This document shows, piece by piece, positions 30,113 through 41,122 of a stretch of 64,000 nt of DNA. Position numbers and translations under genes: made by a program. Each line of letters begins with the position of its first letter. Position 1 is the first letter of the stretch. The notes below the pieces were generated by a model. It ran no database searches, was not told where the DNA came from, and saw only the letters and a list, made by a program, of their open reading frames with translations. The DNA comes from Comamonadaceae bacterium (lineage in GTDB: Bacteria > Pseudomonadota > Gammaproteobacteria > Burkholderiales > Burkholderiaceae_C): contig CANHDQ010000001.1 in NCBI GenBank assembly GCA_947459405.1, positions 5,331 through 69,330 on the forward strand, read 5' to 3'.

Positions 30113-30225
30113 AAGTAGGGGATTACACCCCAACGCGGTGTTTTTAGCAAGCCGCGGCCTAGCCAGGGCACGCCGGGGTGGTCTGCCTCATAATCAGCGC
30201 CCCGCCCGCCCCGCCTCGCGCCTGC

Positions 30226-30645
30226 ATGCCCACCCTGCACATCACCGACCTCGAATCGGCCATCAACTTTTGGCGCGACAAAAGCCCGTCGCCCGACGGT
30301 TTTACGCTGGCGCCCGAGCTGCGCGCGCTGGCCGAGGTGTACGCGCTGATGGTGTACTACCGGCAAGACGAGGCGGACGAGGCCAGTTTTCCAGCAAAGG
30401 CGATGGCGGCCTGGCGGGCTTGGTACGACAGCACGCCCGACACGCCCTGCATCGCCATTTGCTCGACCAGTCAGGGCGACGACGTCTGCAAAGGCTGCGG
30501 CCGCAGCTTCGAGGAGGTGCAGCTTTGGCCGCAGATGACGCCGGGGGCCAAGCGCGCAACGTGGCGGCGCATCCTGCGCGAGGGCAGCGCCTGGCGCTTT
30601 GGCCGCTATGCCGACCGCGCGCTTGAAAAACGCCAGCCCGGCTGA
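30226..30645 (+). CDS. DUF3717-DUF1289-like fusion protein with Cys cluster
   Basis: IT.LESAINFWR N-domain; PCIAICS..DDVCKGCGRS.EEV..W C-domain. Confidence 0.8.
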   Translation: MPTLHITDLESAINFWRDKSPSPDGFTLAPELRALAEVYALMVYYRQDEADEASFPAKAMAAWRAWYDSTPDTPCIAICSTSQGDDVCKGCGRSFEEVQLWPQMTPGAKRATWRRILREGSAWRFGRYADRALEKRQPG

Positions 30646-30666
30646 AACGGCCGGCGGCCGCAGGGC

Positions 30667-32830
<2,164 letters not shown>

Positions 32831-32851
32831 GGCCCGGGCGGTGCGCCGGCA

Positions 32852-33289
32852 TTAACGCATGGCCTGGCGCCGCAGCCAGCGCATCAGGGTGCCGACGGCC
32901 GGCAGCTTTTCATACAGCTCCTGAGCCGCGTCCCAATAGTCGCGGTGGTACTCGACAAGCCCCTGCTCGTCAAAACGCAGATGCGAGCTGCCGTGCACCG
33001 TTTGCCACTGCGCGGGCGAAAACCGCTGGAAGCGAAATCGAAAGTCCCACACCAAAAAGCACTGCCGGCCCTGAAGCACCCGCTCGGTGACATAAAAATG
33101 CGGCTGCTCGAGCGAGCGGTACATGTGCTCGAAAATCGCCTCGATCTGCGCGACGCCTTGCACCTCATTGAAGGGGTCCTTAAAGCGCGCTTGCGGTGCA
33201 TAAATCTGGCCCAGGCGCGACAGCTCGCTGCGCTGCAGATTCTCGAAAAAATGCACCACAGCATCGGTGCGCTCGGCCATCTCCTGCAT
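32852..33289 (-). CDS. SnoaL/NTF2-like protein
   Basis: FKDPFNEVQG, HRDYWD. Confidence 0.88.
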   Translation of the reverse strand: MQEMAERTDAVVHFFENLQRSELSRLGQIYAPQARFKDPFNEVQGVAQIEAIFEHMYRSLEQPHFYVTERVLQGRQCFLVWDFRFRFQRFSPAQWQTVHGSSHLRFDEQGLVEYHRDYWDAAQELYEKLPAVGTLMRWLRRQAMR

Positions 33290-33291
33290 CC

Positions 33292-34065
33292 TCAAGGCTC
33301 CTTGCCCATGCGCACCACCAGCGGCAAATAAGCCGCATAGGGCAACACGCCGAGCAGCTTCATCCAGCGCGTAAAGCGCTTGGGGTAGTGGATCTCAAAG
33401 ACGCCACGCCGCCAGCCCTCGAGCATCGCGCTGGCCGCCTGATCGGGCGTGATGAGCGCGGGCATGTGAAAGCGGTTTTGCGCCGTCAGTGGCGTTTGCA
33501 CAAAGCCGGGGTTGACCAGGCTCACGCCGATGCCCCTGGGCTGCACGTCGGCATACAAGCTTTCGGCCAAATTGATCAGGGCTGCCTTGGTCGGGCCGTA
33601 GGCCAGGCTCTTGGGCAGGCCGCGATAGCCGGCCACGCTGGCAACCAGGCTGAAGTGACCGCTGCCGTGCGCCAGCATGGCCGGCAGCGTCGCGGCCATG
33701 ACGTGCAGCGCGCCCACATAGTTGATCTGCTGGTGGCGCAGCAGCTCCTCCAGCGTGAAATCAAAACCGCGCTGGGCCTTGTAGTGACCGGCGCAGTACA
33801 CCACCATGTCGATGGGGCCGCGATCGAGCAGCTGGCCGGCGGCGGCCTGCACCGCCTGCGCATCGGTGACATCGAGCGGGCAGGCGACAGCGCCCGCATG
33901 GGCCGCGCAAAACGCCTCGAGCAAGGGCGCCTGCCGCGCCGAAATCACCACCTGCGCGCCCCTGCCGTGCAACGCCTGCGCCGTGGCCAGGCCGATGCCG
34001 CTGGAGGCCCCGACGAGCCAGACGGTCTTGCCGCGCCAGTCGGCAATCGGTGGGTTGTGTGACAT
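33292..34065 (-). CDS. SDR family oxidoreductase
   Basis: GASSGIG, ASVAG, YGPTK catalytic YxxxK, NPGFVQT. Confidence 0.93.
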   Translation of the reverse strand: MSHNPPIADWRGKTVWLVGASSGIGLATAQALHGRGAQVVISARQAPLLEAFCAAHAGAVACPLDVTDAQAVQAAAGQLLDRGPIDMVVYCAGHYKAQRGFDFTLEELLRHQQINYVGALHVMAATLPAMLAHGSGHFSLVASVAGYRGLPKSLAYGPTKAALINLAESLYADVQPRGIGVSLVNPGFVQTPLTAQNRFHMPALITPDQAASAMLEGWRRGVFEIHYPKRFTRWMKLLGVLPYAAYLPLVVRMGKEP

Positions 34066-34086
34066 CAGCAGTCGGCCCGTACCGGT

Positions 34087-34650
34087 TCAGCGCTTGACGA
34101 AAGACAAGGTGACCTCACCGAGGCGGATGCCAAACTTGCTCATCTGCGCCTTGTTGAGCATCACGCGCTCGTCCATCAGGTACATCCAGTCGTCAAACTG
34201 CACCTCGTAGGTGCGGCCATCGACCGGCAACTTGAGCGTGTAGCCGAAACGAAAGGCGTTGCCGCTTTCTTGCCCCAGCGCCTGACCCACCACATCGGCG
34301 GCGGTGCCCACATAGCGGCCATCGCCTGTGCGCTGCAAGGTCCAGACGCGGCGCTCGCGCGTGCCGTCGGAATAGGTGAACTCTTCATCGAGCACGCCCG
34401 TTTCCTGGCCGGGGGGGCCGCTCCAGCTGCACTTCATGAGCACCGTAAAGCGCTTGACCACCTTGCCCGATCGGTCGGTGAAGATGCCATAGGCGTCGAG
34501 CGTGCCGTTGAAGTACTGGCGCAGATCCAGGCGCGGCAGGTCTTTGGCGTGGTCGGACAGTTGTGGGCCGGCGCAACCCGACAGGCCCAGCACGAGCAGC
34601 AGGCCAGCCAGCCAGGCTGAGCCACGGACGAAGCAAGATCGAAGTGTCAT
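34087..34650 (-). CDS. DUF3833 family lipoprotein
   Basis: Lipobox LSGC; YFNG, RFTV, LDEEFTYSDG, FDDWMY. Confidence 0.85.
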   Translation of the reverse strand: MTLRSCFVRGSAWLAGLLLVLGLSGCAGPQLSDHAKDLPRLDLRQYFNGTLDAYGIFTDRSGKVVKRFTVLMKCSWSGPPGQETGVLDEEFTYSDGTRERRVWTLQRTGDGRYVGTAADVVGQALGQESGNAFRFGYTLKLPVDGRTYEVQFDDWMYLMDERVMLNKAQMSKFGIRLGEVTLSFVKR

Positions 34651-35936
34651 GAATGGCTCTCCCAGGCCGGCCGCAAGCCGGCACGCATGATGGCAAGATA
34701 CAAGGCCAAAGCGGCCAACAGCTTGAGCAAACAGGGCAAAAGGCAGTAGGCCCAGGTCAACGCTTGCAGCGCCTGGGGTTCGCGCACGCCCGGCGCATAA
34801 CCGAGCCATTGCAAAAGCGGCAGGGCCAGGCCGGCGGCCAGCGCCAGGTTGAGCTTGGCGGCAAAGTTCCACCAACCAAAACAGGCACCGGCCACGCGTG
34901 ATCCGGCACTGCTGTGCGCGATCATTCCGGCCAGCAAAGCGCCGGGCAAGGCCAGATCGGCACCCAGGGCCAGGCCCGAGCCGATGCAGATCCACAAAAA
35001 GGCGGTGGTGTCACCCGTGGACAACTGGGCCGCGCCCACAAACAGGCCCACCGAGGCGAGCATCCCCGCCAGCCAGCTGCGCTCAAGGCCCCAGCGCTTG
35101 ACGGCAGCCAGCCAAAGCGGCATGGACAGTGCAGCGCTCAGAAAATAACTGCCCAGGAAGGCCGGCTCCATTGAGGCGGGCGCCTGCAGCCGGTCTTGCA
35201 CGAAAAACAGCACCAAGGTAGCCGGCACGGCGCTGGCGATACCGTTGAGCATAAAAACCGCCAGCAGACGCCGAAAACACGGCTCGCGCAAAGGCAGCCA
35301 AACCGAGGCGGCCACCGCCCCATCTGACTTGGGGGCAGGCGGGGGCAGGCTTGCACGCCAGCACCACCAGCCCAGCAGCAAAAAGGCCATGAACACCGCC
35401 ATGGCGGTGGGCAGGCCCAGCCAACCGGGCAACACCGAGGCAATCAACACGCCGATCAGGGCAAAGCCTTCGCGCACGCCGGTGATGCGACTGCGCTGGG
35501 CCTCATCGCCACCGAGCAAGGCGCCCCAGGCTTGGTGGGCAATGCTCAGCAAGCTGTAGCCCAAATAGGTCAGCACCAGCATGACGGCAGCCCAGAGCAG
35601 CAGCTCAGACGTCTCGGGGGCGTGCAAAAGACGGTCGGGGAAAAACAGCAGCACCATGCCCGCCGCCAGCAACCCTGCGGCCAGTGCCGCCCAACGCAAC
35701 AGCACCTGCGGGCTGCGCACCAACAGACGATCGGTCAGCCGCCCCAGCCAGGGGTCGAGCAGCGCATCGAACAGCCGGGCTGCCAGCAGCACGGCGCCCA
35801 AGGCCGCCAGGGGCACACCAAACTCGCGGGCGTAATGGTTGGGCAAGATCACATACAAGGGCAGCGCGGCAAAGGCCAGCGGCAGACCCAGCAGGCCATA
35901 AAGCGTGGCATTGCGCCGGCCATGGGCGGCCGTCAT
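34647..35936 (-). CDS. MFS transporter (GPH/MelB-like)
   Basis: About 12 TM; RLFDALLDPWLG, GALLGGD..RSRIT. Confidence 0.85.
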   Translation of the reverse strand: MTAAHGRRNATLYGLLGLPLAFAALPLYVILPNHYAREFGVPLAALGAVLLAARLFDALLDPWLGRLTDRLLVRSPQVLLRWAALAAGLLAAGMVLLFFPDRLLHAPETSELLLWAAVMLVLTYLGYSLLSIAHQAWGALLGGDEAQRSRITGVREGFALIGVLIASVLPGWLGLPTAMAVFMAFLLLGWWCWRASLPPPAPKSDGAVAASVWLPLREPCFRRLLAVFMLNGIASAVPATLVLFFVQDRLQAPASMEPAFLGSYFLSAALSMPLWLAAVKRWGLERSWLAGMLASVGLFVGAAQLSTGDTTAFLWICIGSGLALGADLALPGALLAGMIAHSSAGSRVAGACFGWWNFAAKLNLALAAGLALPLLQWLGYAPGVREPQALQALTWAYCLLPCLLKLLAALALYLAIMRAGLRPAWESHS

Positions 35937-36559
35937 GGGACGCTGCCCAGCAAAGCGCTTCGCAGCGCAGGCTCGGAGGTGCGCGGCGACAACCAGATGC
36001 CAAAAAACAGCCGGGCGAAGTCGGCGTCCCGGATTTCGCCGCGCAACTGGCCGTTGAACCAAAAGACCGCCCCCTGCCCCGGCCGGTGCAAACCAAGCAG
36101 CCGGTCGCCTTTACGGATGTCGGGGAAAACGCGCGCCATCTCGCCGAGCCAACGCTTCTCCTGCTCAGGCTTGATCGCACCCTGGCGTTGCATCTCCTTG
36201 AGCGAGCGCTGTGCGATGTCCTGCGCGGAAAAGTTGCGCAGATAACGCAACTCCAAAGCCAGCGGCTGCGCATCAAACGCATCGGCCGCAAAGCTCGGGC
36301 TGCTCCACAAGCTGGCGTCGTAGACTTCAAAGCCCCAGACCCGAAAGCGCACTTGGCCGCGCGGCACAAGCGCGGCATCGGCCTGCGCGAGCTCGGGCGG
36401 CACCTGCGCAGCAGCGCGCTGGGCCTGTGCGGGCAGGCTCGGCAAGAGCGCCAGCAACAGGGCCAAGATCGGTGCCAGAAGGCAGGCCAGGCATGGGGTT
36501 GGCAGGACTGGCGAGGCCGGCGCGGCCGGCTGGAGGGCCAGCGTCGGGGGCAAGGTCAT
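35933..36559 (-). CDS. Chalcone isomerase-like exported protein
   Basis: Hydrophobic signal ending AQA; WGFEVYDA, LELRYLR, FFGIWLSPRTSEP. Confidence 0.85.
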   Translation of the reverse strand: MTLPPTLALQPAAPASPVLPTPCLACLLAPILALLLALLPSLPAQAQRAAAQVPPELAQADAALVPRGQVRFRVWGFEVYDASLWSSPSFAADAFDAQPLALELRYLRNFSAQDIAQRSLKEMQRQGAIKPEQEKRWLGEMARVFPDIRKGDRLLGLHRPGQGAVFWFNGQLRGEIRDADFARLFFGIWLSPRTSEPALRSALLGSVP

Positions 36560-36575
36560 AAGTGGGCCCTCAGGC

Positions 36576-37820
36576 TCAGACCTTGAGCAGCGTGTACTGC
36601 ACCACGTCGGTGTTGCGCTCGGCAAAAGCGGCCTCGCAATAGGCCAGATAAAACTCCCAGATGCGCATGAACCGACGGTCAAAGCCCAGCGCAAGCACCT
36701 GGTGCTCACGTGCCATGAAGGCCTGGCGCCATTCTTCCAGGGTGCGGGCATAGTCCTGGCCGAAGCAAAACTCGTCGACCACCTTGAGCCCAGCTTGCTC
36801 GGCCTGCGCCCTGAAAGCGCTCGGACTGGGCAGGCAGCCGCCGGGGAAGATGTACTGCTGAATGAAGTCGGTTGACTGCAGGTAGCGCTCGAAAAACTCG
36901 TCGTCGATCACGATGCTCTGGATGCAGGCGCGACCACCGGTCTTGAGCAGACGCGCCACGGTGGCAAAGTAGGTCGGCCAGTATTCGCGCCCGACCGCCT
37001 CGATCATCTCGATCGAGCAAATCGCATCAAACGACTGGTCGGCTGATCCGTCGCGGCCAATGTCACGGTAGTCTTGCAAGCGCAGATCGGCTCGCTCGGC
37101 GACACCGCAGCGCGCCATGCGCGCGCGCGCCCAGGCCAGCTGTTCGGTGCTCAGGGTCACCCCGACCACGCTGGCGCCGAACTCGGTGGTGGCCATCTCG
37201 GCCAGCGCCCCCCAGCCGCAACCGATTTCCAGCACGCGCTCGCCCGGCTTGACATCGACCATGCGCAGCGCCCGCCGAACCTTGGCCAGTTGAGCCTGCT
37301 GCATCGAGGACTGCGGCGTCTCGTAAAGGGCAGAGCTGTAGTTCATCGTGCCGTCGAGCCAGAGCTCGTAGAAGGCATTGCCCAAATCGTAGTGGGCGTG
37401 GATGTTTTTCTGGCTGTTGCCCCGGGTGTTGCGATTGAGCAGATGCCGCACGCGATAAAAAAGCCGGCCCAGCCAGGTGCCGTAGATCACATCTTCGACC
37501 TCACGCCGGTTCGCAATAAACAGGCGCAGCAAGGCCACCAAGTCCGGCGAGCTCCAGTGGCCATCAATATAGCCCTCGGCAAAACCGATGTCGCCCGATT
37601 TCAGGGCGGCCGAGCACACCTGCCAGTCGTTAAGGTGCAGGCTGGCCGTGGGTGTCTGGCCCTGGCCAAAGCGGCGCGTCGAGCCGTCGGGCAGGCGCAC
37701 GCTCAGACTGCCATGGCGCAAGCGAGCGAGCAGCTGCAGCACGGTGCGTGCCGCCGCGGGCGCACCCGCGGGCAAGCCCAGGGCGGCGGTCGTGGGGGTA
37801 GAGTCAGTGGCCGTGTTCAT
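36576..37820 (-). CDS. cfa: Cyclopropane-fatty-acyl-phospholipid synthase family SAM methyltransferase
   Basis: HYDLGNAFY, MNYSSA, LEIGCGWG, SIEMIEAVG, YIFPGG, FYLAYCEAAF. Confidence 0.92.
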   Translation of the reverse strand: MNTATDSTPTTAALGLPAGAPAAARTVLQLLARLRHGSLSVRLPDGSTRRFGQGQTPTASLHLNDWQVCSAALKSGDIGFAEGYIDGHWSSPDLVALLRLFIANRREVEDVIYGTWLGRLFYRVRHLLNRNTRGNSQKNIHAHYDLGNAFYELWLDGTMNYSSALYETPQSSMQQAQLAKVRRALRMVDVKPGERVLEIGCGWGALAEMATTEFGASVVGVTLSTEQLAWARARMARCGVAERADLRLQDYRDIGRDGSADQSFDAICSIEMIEAVGREYWPTYFATVARLLKTGGRACIQSIVIDDEFFERYLQSTDFIQQYIFPGGCLPSPSAFRAQAEQAGLKVVDEFCFGQDYARTLEEWRQAFMAREHQVLALGFDRRFMRIWEFYLAYCEAAFAERNTDVVQYTLLKV

Positions 37821-38626
37821 CGCGTCAGAAACTGCTTGGGTGGCTGAGGTTTGGGAAAGAAGGGCACGCGCTTGAGCCAGAGCTTGAGCGCCTGCCAGTG
37901 AATGCGCGCCATCACGGCCAGCGTCATGGCAGGGTAGGCCATGAGCGCCCGCCGCGCGCTGCGCGCACTCAGGGGCTCGAGCGTGCCGGCCACGCTGGTC
38001 TTGAGCAGCGGGCCCTGGGCATCGTCGTAGTCGATGCGCGCGACGGTGCGCTCGCGCCCGTCGCGCTCGGTGCGCATAAAGGCAAAGCGGTAGCGGCCCT
38101 CGACCCGGCAAAAGGGCGAGACATGAAAGGCTTTGGGCGCCTCGATCACACGGCCGTAATGCGGCGCATCGAGCAAATAGCAGTGGCGCTCGCCAAAGGT
38201 GTTGTTGACCTCCACCACGATCGCACGCAGCGAGCCGTCGGCGCCATGGCAGTACCAAAAGCTCACCGGCTTGAACGTGTAGCCGAACATGCGCGGATAG
38301 GTGTGCAACCAGACCTCGCCAGGGGCGCTGAGCCCCTGCGAGGCAAGCAGCTCATCGAGCCAAGCCAGGCAATCGTCACCGCCTTGGCCGTGGTCGCGGT
38401 CGTGAAAGCTCAGCAGGGCGGCTCGGTTGCGGGCCAAGGCGCCACTGCCATGCGCGCGCAGGCTGCGCAAAGGCAGCATCAAAAACGCAGTGGGGTAAGC
38501 AAAGGCGTGACCGGCCGGCCGCAGGCGCTGGTGGCGCACTTGGCCAAATCCGATCAGGGCTTGCGCAGGCGCCACGGCATCGGGCGTGCCCTGCAGCGCC
38601 GGGCGCTGGGCGGCCCGGCCGTTCAT
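37817..38626 (-). CDS. DUF1365 family protein
   Basis: HQRLRP, FKPVSFWYC, EVNNTFGERHCY, FHVSPF, IHWQALKLW. Confidence 0.9.
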   Translation of the reverse strand: MNGRAAQRPALQGTPDAVAPAQALIGFGQVRHQRLRPAGHAFAYPTAFLMLPLRSLRAHGSGALARNRAALLSFHDRDHGQGGDDCLAWLDELLASQGLSAPGEVWLHTYPRMFGYTFKPVSFWYCHGADGSLRAIVVEVNNTFGERHCYLLDAPHYGRVIEAPKAFHVSPFCRVEGRYRFAFMRTERDGRERTVARIDYDDAQGPLLKTSVAGTLEPLSARSARRALMAYPAMTLAVMARIHWQALKLWLKRVPFFPKPQPPKQFLTR

Positions 38627-40029
38627 GCGGCGGCCCGCAAGGCCGGGCGGGCCTGCGCCGCCCAGTCGCTGATCAAGCGGGTGGCCGCCTGCACGCCTGA
38701 TTTGAGGCCGTCCTCGTGAAAGCCATAGCCCGCCCAGGCACCACAGAAGTAGCTGTGCTGCTGCCCCTGCAAGGCTGGGACCTGCTGCTGCGCCGCAATC
38801 GCGGCAGCGTCGAACACGGGATGGGCATAGTCGTATTGACCGATGATTTGGCTGGGGTCAATGCGGCCGAGCGGATTGAGCGAAACGATGACCGGCTGCT
38901 CAAAGGGCAGGGGCTGAAGCTTGTTGAGCAGGTAATGCAGACACACCCGCGCCGATTCCTGTCCGGTATCGGCGGCGCGCTCGTAGTTCCAGGCCGCCCA
39001 GGCCAGGGGCCGGCTCGGCAGCACCGACGCGTCGGTGTGCAGCACCGCCCGGTTGGGCTGGTAGCCGATCGCACCGAGCACCGAACGCTCGGCCTGCGAG
39101 GGCTGGCTGAGCAGGGCCAGGCTCTGATCCGAATGGCCCGCCAAGATGACCTTGTCAAACTGCTCGTTGTGCAACTGGCCGTTGCGGCGGCTGGTGATGC
39201 GCACGCCGGCCGCGTCGCGCTCGACCAACAACACCGGGCTCGACAGCCGCTTGTCCTCGATGCCGGCCGTGATTTTGTGCACATAGCCGCGTGCGCCGCC
39301 GGCGACGGTCCACCACTGCGGCCGATCGGCGATCTGAAGCAGGCCGTGGTTGTGACAAAAGCGCAGCATGGTGGCCAGCGGAAACTGCAGCATCTGGTCG
39401 GTCGGGCAAGACCAGATGCATCCCAGCATGGGCAGCAAGTAGCCGTCGCGAAAGCCGTCGGAAAAGCTGTTGTCGCGCAAAAACTGCGACAGCGGCTGCA
39501 TCAGACGCTCGTCGCTGGCCGAGCCCTCCAGCCGCTGGGCCAGAGCGGTGCACAGCCGGTTGAATCGCACGATATCGGCCAGCATGCGCCAAAACCCAGG
39601 CCGCAAGAGGTTGCTGCGCTGAGCAAACACGGTGTTCAGGCTCGAGCCGCTCCACTCCAGGGCCGCCCGGCTCGCCGTGGCCGGCGCCTGCACCGAAAAA
39701 GACATGTCCGATTTGGCAGTGGGCACGCCCAACTGCTCAAACAAGGCGATCAGCTGTGGGTAGGTGCGCTCGTTAAAGACGAGAAAGCCGGTGTCGACGC
39801 CATGGGTCACGAGACCGTGGGCCGTGGGCAAGGTGACGTCGACCGTGTGCGTGTGGCCGCCAAAGTAGTCGGCCGCCTCAAACAGGGTCAGCCGGGCCTG
39901 TCCGCGCAGCTGGTGGGCCGCCGCCAGCGCCGCGATACCTGAGCCGACGATGGCCACCTTTGGCTGTCCGGCCGCGCTCGACTCGGTGGTCGATGGCAAG
40001 CCTGAACGCATGAGCAGGTCGATACCCAT
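38623..40029 (-). CDS. FAD-dependent oxidoreductase (amine oxidase/desaturase-like, COG2907 type)
   Basis: GSGIA, GGHTHT, VDTGFLVFN, FCHNHGLL, GYGFHEDG. Confidence 0.9.
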   Translation of the reverse strand: MGIDLLMRSGLPSTTESSAAGQPKVAIVGSGIAALAAAHQLRGQARLTLFEAADYFGGHTHTVDVTLPTAHGLVTHGVDTGFLVFNERTYPQLIALFEQLGVPTAKSDMSFSVQAPATASRAALEWSGSSLNTVFAQRSNLLRPGFWRMLADIVRFNRLCTALAQRLEGSASDERLMQPLSQFLRDNSFSDGFRDGYLLPMLGCIWSCPTDQMLQFPLATMLRFCHNHGLLQIADRPQWWTVAGGARGYVHKITAGIEDKRLSSPVLLVERDAAGVRITSRRNGQLHNEQFDKVILAGHSDQSLALLSQPSQAERSVLGAIGYQPNRAVLHTDASVLPSRPLAWAAWNYERAADTGQESARVCLHYLLNKLQPLPFEQPVIVSLNPLGRIDPSQIIGQYDYAHPVFDAAAIAAQQQVPALQGQQHSYFCGAWAGYGFHEDGLKSGVQAATRLISDWAAQARPALRAAA

Positions 40030-40052
40030 CTCATGCGCCCGGGAAGGAAAAT

Positions 40053-40148
40053 GTTGCGAAGCGTCCCGAGGCAAAGAAGGGAGGGAGGGAGGAGGAGAGA
40101 CACCCCGGGCTTGCAACCAGGCCATACGGCGCCGGAAGACTTCGCAAC
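40053..40148 (-). ncRNA. Candidate structured RNA with CU-rich loop
   Basis: Closing 9-bp IR gttgcgaag/cttcgcaac, small gcc-gtat-ggc hairpin, and a cccgggg/cctcggg stem around a TCTCTCCTCCTCCCTCCCTCCC loop. Confidence 0.5.
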
Positions 40149-40320
40149 GAAAACCGCGTATTTTGAAAGCCCATCAAAACCCGAGAGCGGCCCAAGGAAT
40201 TGCCAGGGCGGCGAGCCTTGCCAGCCAAGCCGGCGAGCCGAGCGCCCGTGCCGGTGGCGGTGTCTAAACCCGAGCGGTTCATCCTGGTCTCCATTGAGCC
40301 GACGCACGGCGGATCCGATG

Positions 40321-40358
40321 CGACTAAGCAGTCATTTTGTGACTGATCAGTCATTTTG
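40321..40358. promoter_or_regulatory. Tandem palindromic operator-like sites
   Basis: TGACTGATCAGTCA (perfect, 40340-40353) and CGACTAAGCAGTCA (40321-40334), each followed by TTTTG, 19-bp period. Confidence 0.45.
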
Positions 40359-40929
40359 CCATAAGTTGTTCGATCTGTCTGATCAGGCGAGGGTCCTGAG
40401 GGCTGGTGGTCGAACCGTAACTGCCCGCCACTTTGGCATCTTTGCCGATCAGGTATTTGAAGAAGTTCCAGCGGGGCGCGGCACCGGCCTCACTGGCCAG
40501 GCGCTTGTAAAACGGATGGGCATCGCGACCGGTCACCACGGTTTTGGTGAACATGGGGAATTTGACACCGAACGTGCTCTCGCAAAACTCCGCAATGTCT
40601 TTGTTGCTGCCGCGCTCTTGGGCGAAGTCGTTGGAAGGAAAGCCCAGCACCACCAGGCCCTGGTCCTTGTAACGGGCATACAGAGCCTCAAGCCCGGCGT
40701 ATTGGGGCGTAAAGCCGCAAAAACTGGCGGTGTTGACCACCAGCAGCACCTTGCCGCTGTACTGGCACAGCGACTGCGGCTTTTCGTCCTGCAAACGGGC
40801 CATGGTGTGCTGCAGCAAGGGCGGGCAAGCCTGCGCTTCGGCCTTGGCCGGCTGGGCGCCAGCTGCCGGCCACAACAGCGCGCCAAAGGCGCCCACGGCG
40901 CAAGCTCGGCGATTGATCAAACGGTGCAT
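40351..40929 (-). CDS. Glutathione peroxidase with N-terminal export signal
   Basis: NTASFCGFTPQY, GFPSNDF, RWNFFKYL; N-terminus NRRACAVGAFGALL..AGA. Confidence 0.9.
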   Translation of the reverse strand: MHRLINRRACAVGAFGALLWPAAGAQPAKAEAQACPPLLQHTMARLQDEKPQSLCQYSGKVLLVVNTASFCGFTPQYAGLEALYARYKDQGLVVLGFPSNDFAQERGSNKDIAEFCESTFGVKFPMFTKTVVTGRDAHPFYKRLASEAGAAPRWNFFKYLIGKDAKVAGSYGSTTSPQDPRLIRQIEQLMAK

Positions 40930-41122
40930 GAGGACTCTCCTTGGGGGTTCAAACCGCTGCGCGGGCCCCGGTGACTTTGCACACACGCCCAGATCCACAG
41001 ACGGCAGCGTCAATTTGGCCTGACAGTCCCAACCGTCGGGTTACTTTAACCCAACCCGAACGGGCCCAACAGCAAGGCCTAAAATTACCCGGCTTTTTGG
41101 CCGCTCGGCCGCGAGGACTGCC

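Noticed and set aside
40280-40353. Possible RpoE(ChrR)-type promoter (TGATCC...CGTA) for the lipid operon
   Set aside because: TGATCA and GGATCC are present but no correctly spaced -10 element was found
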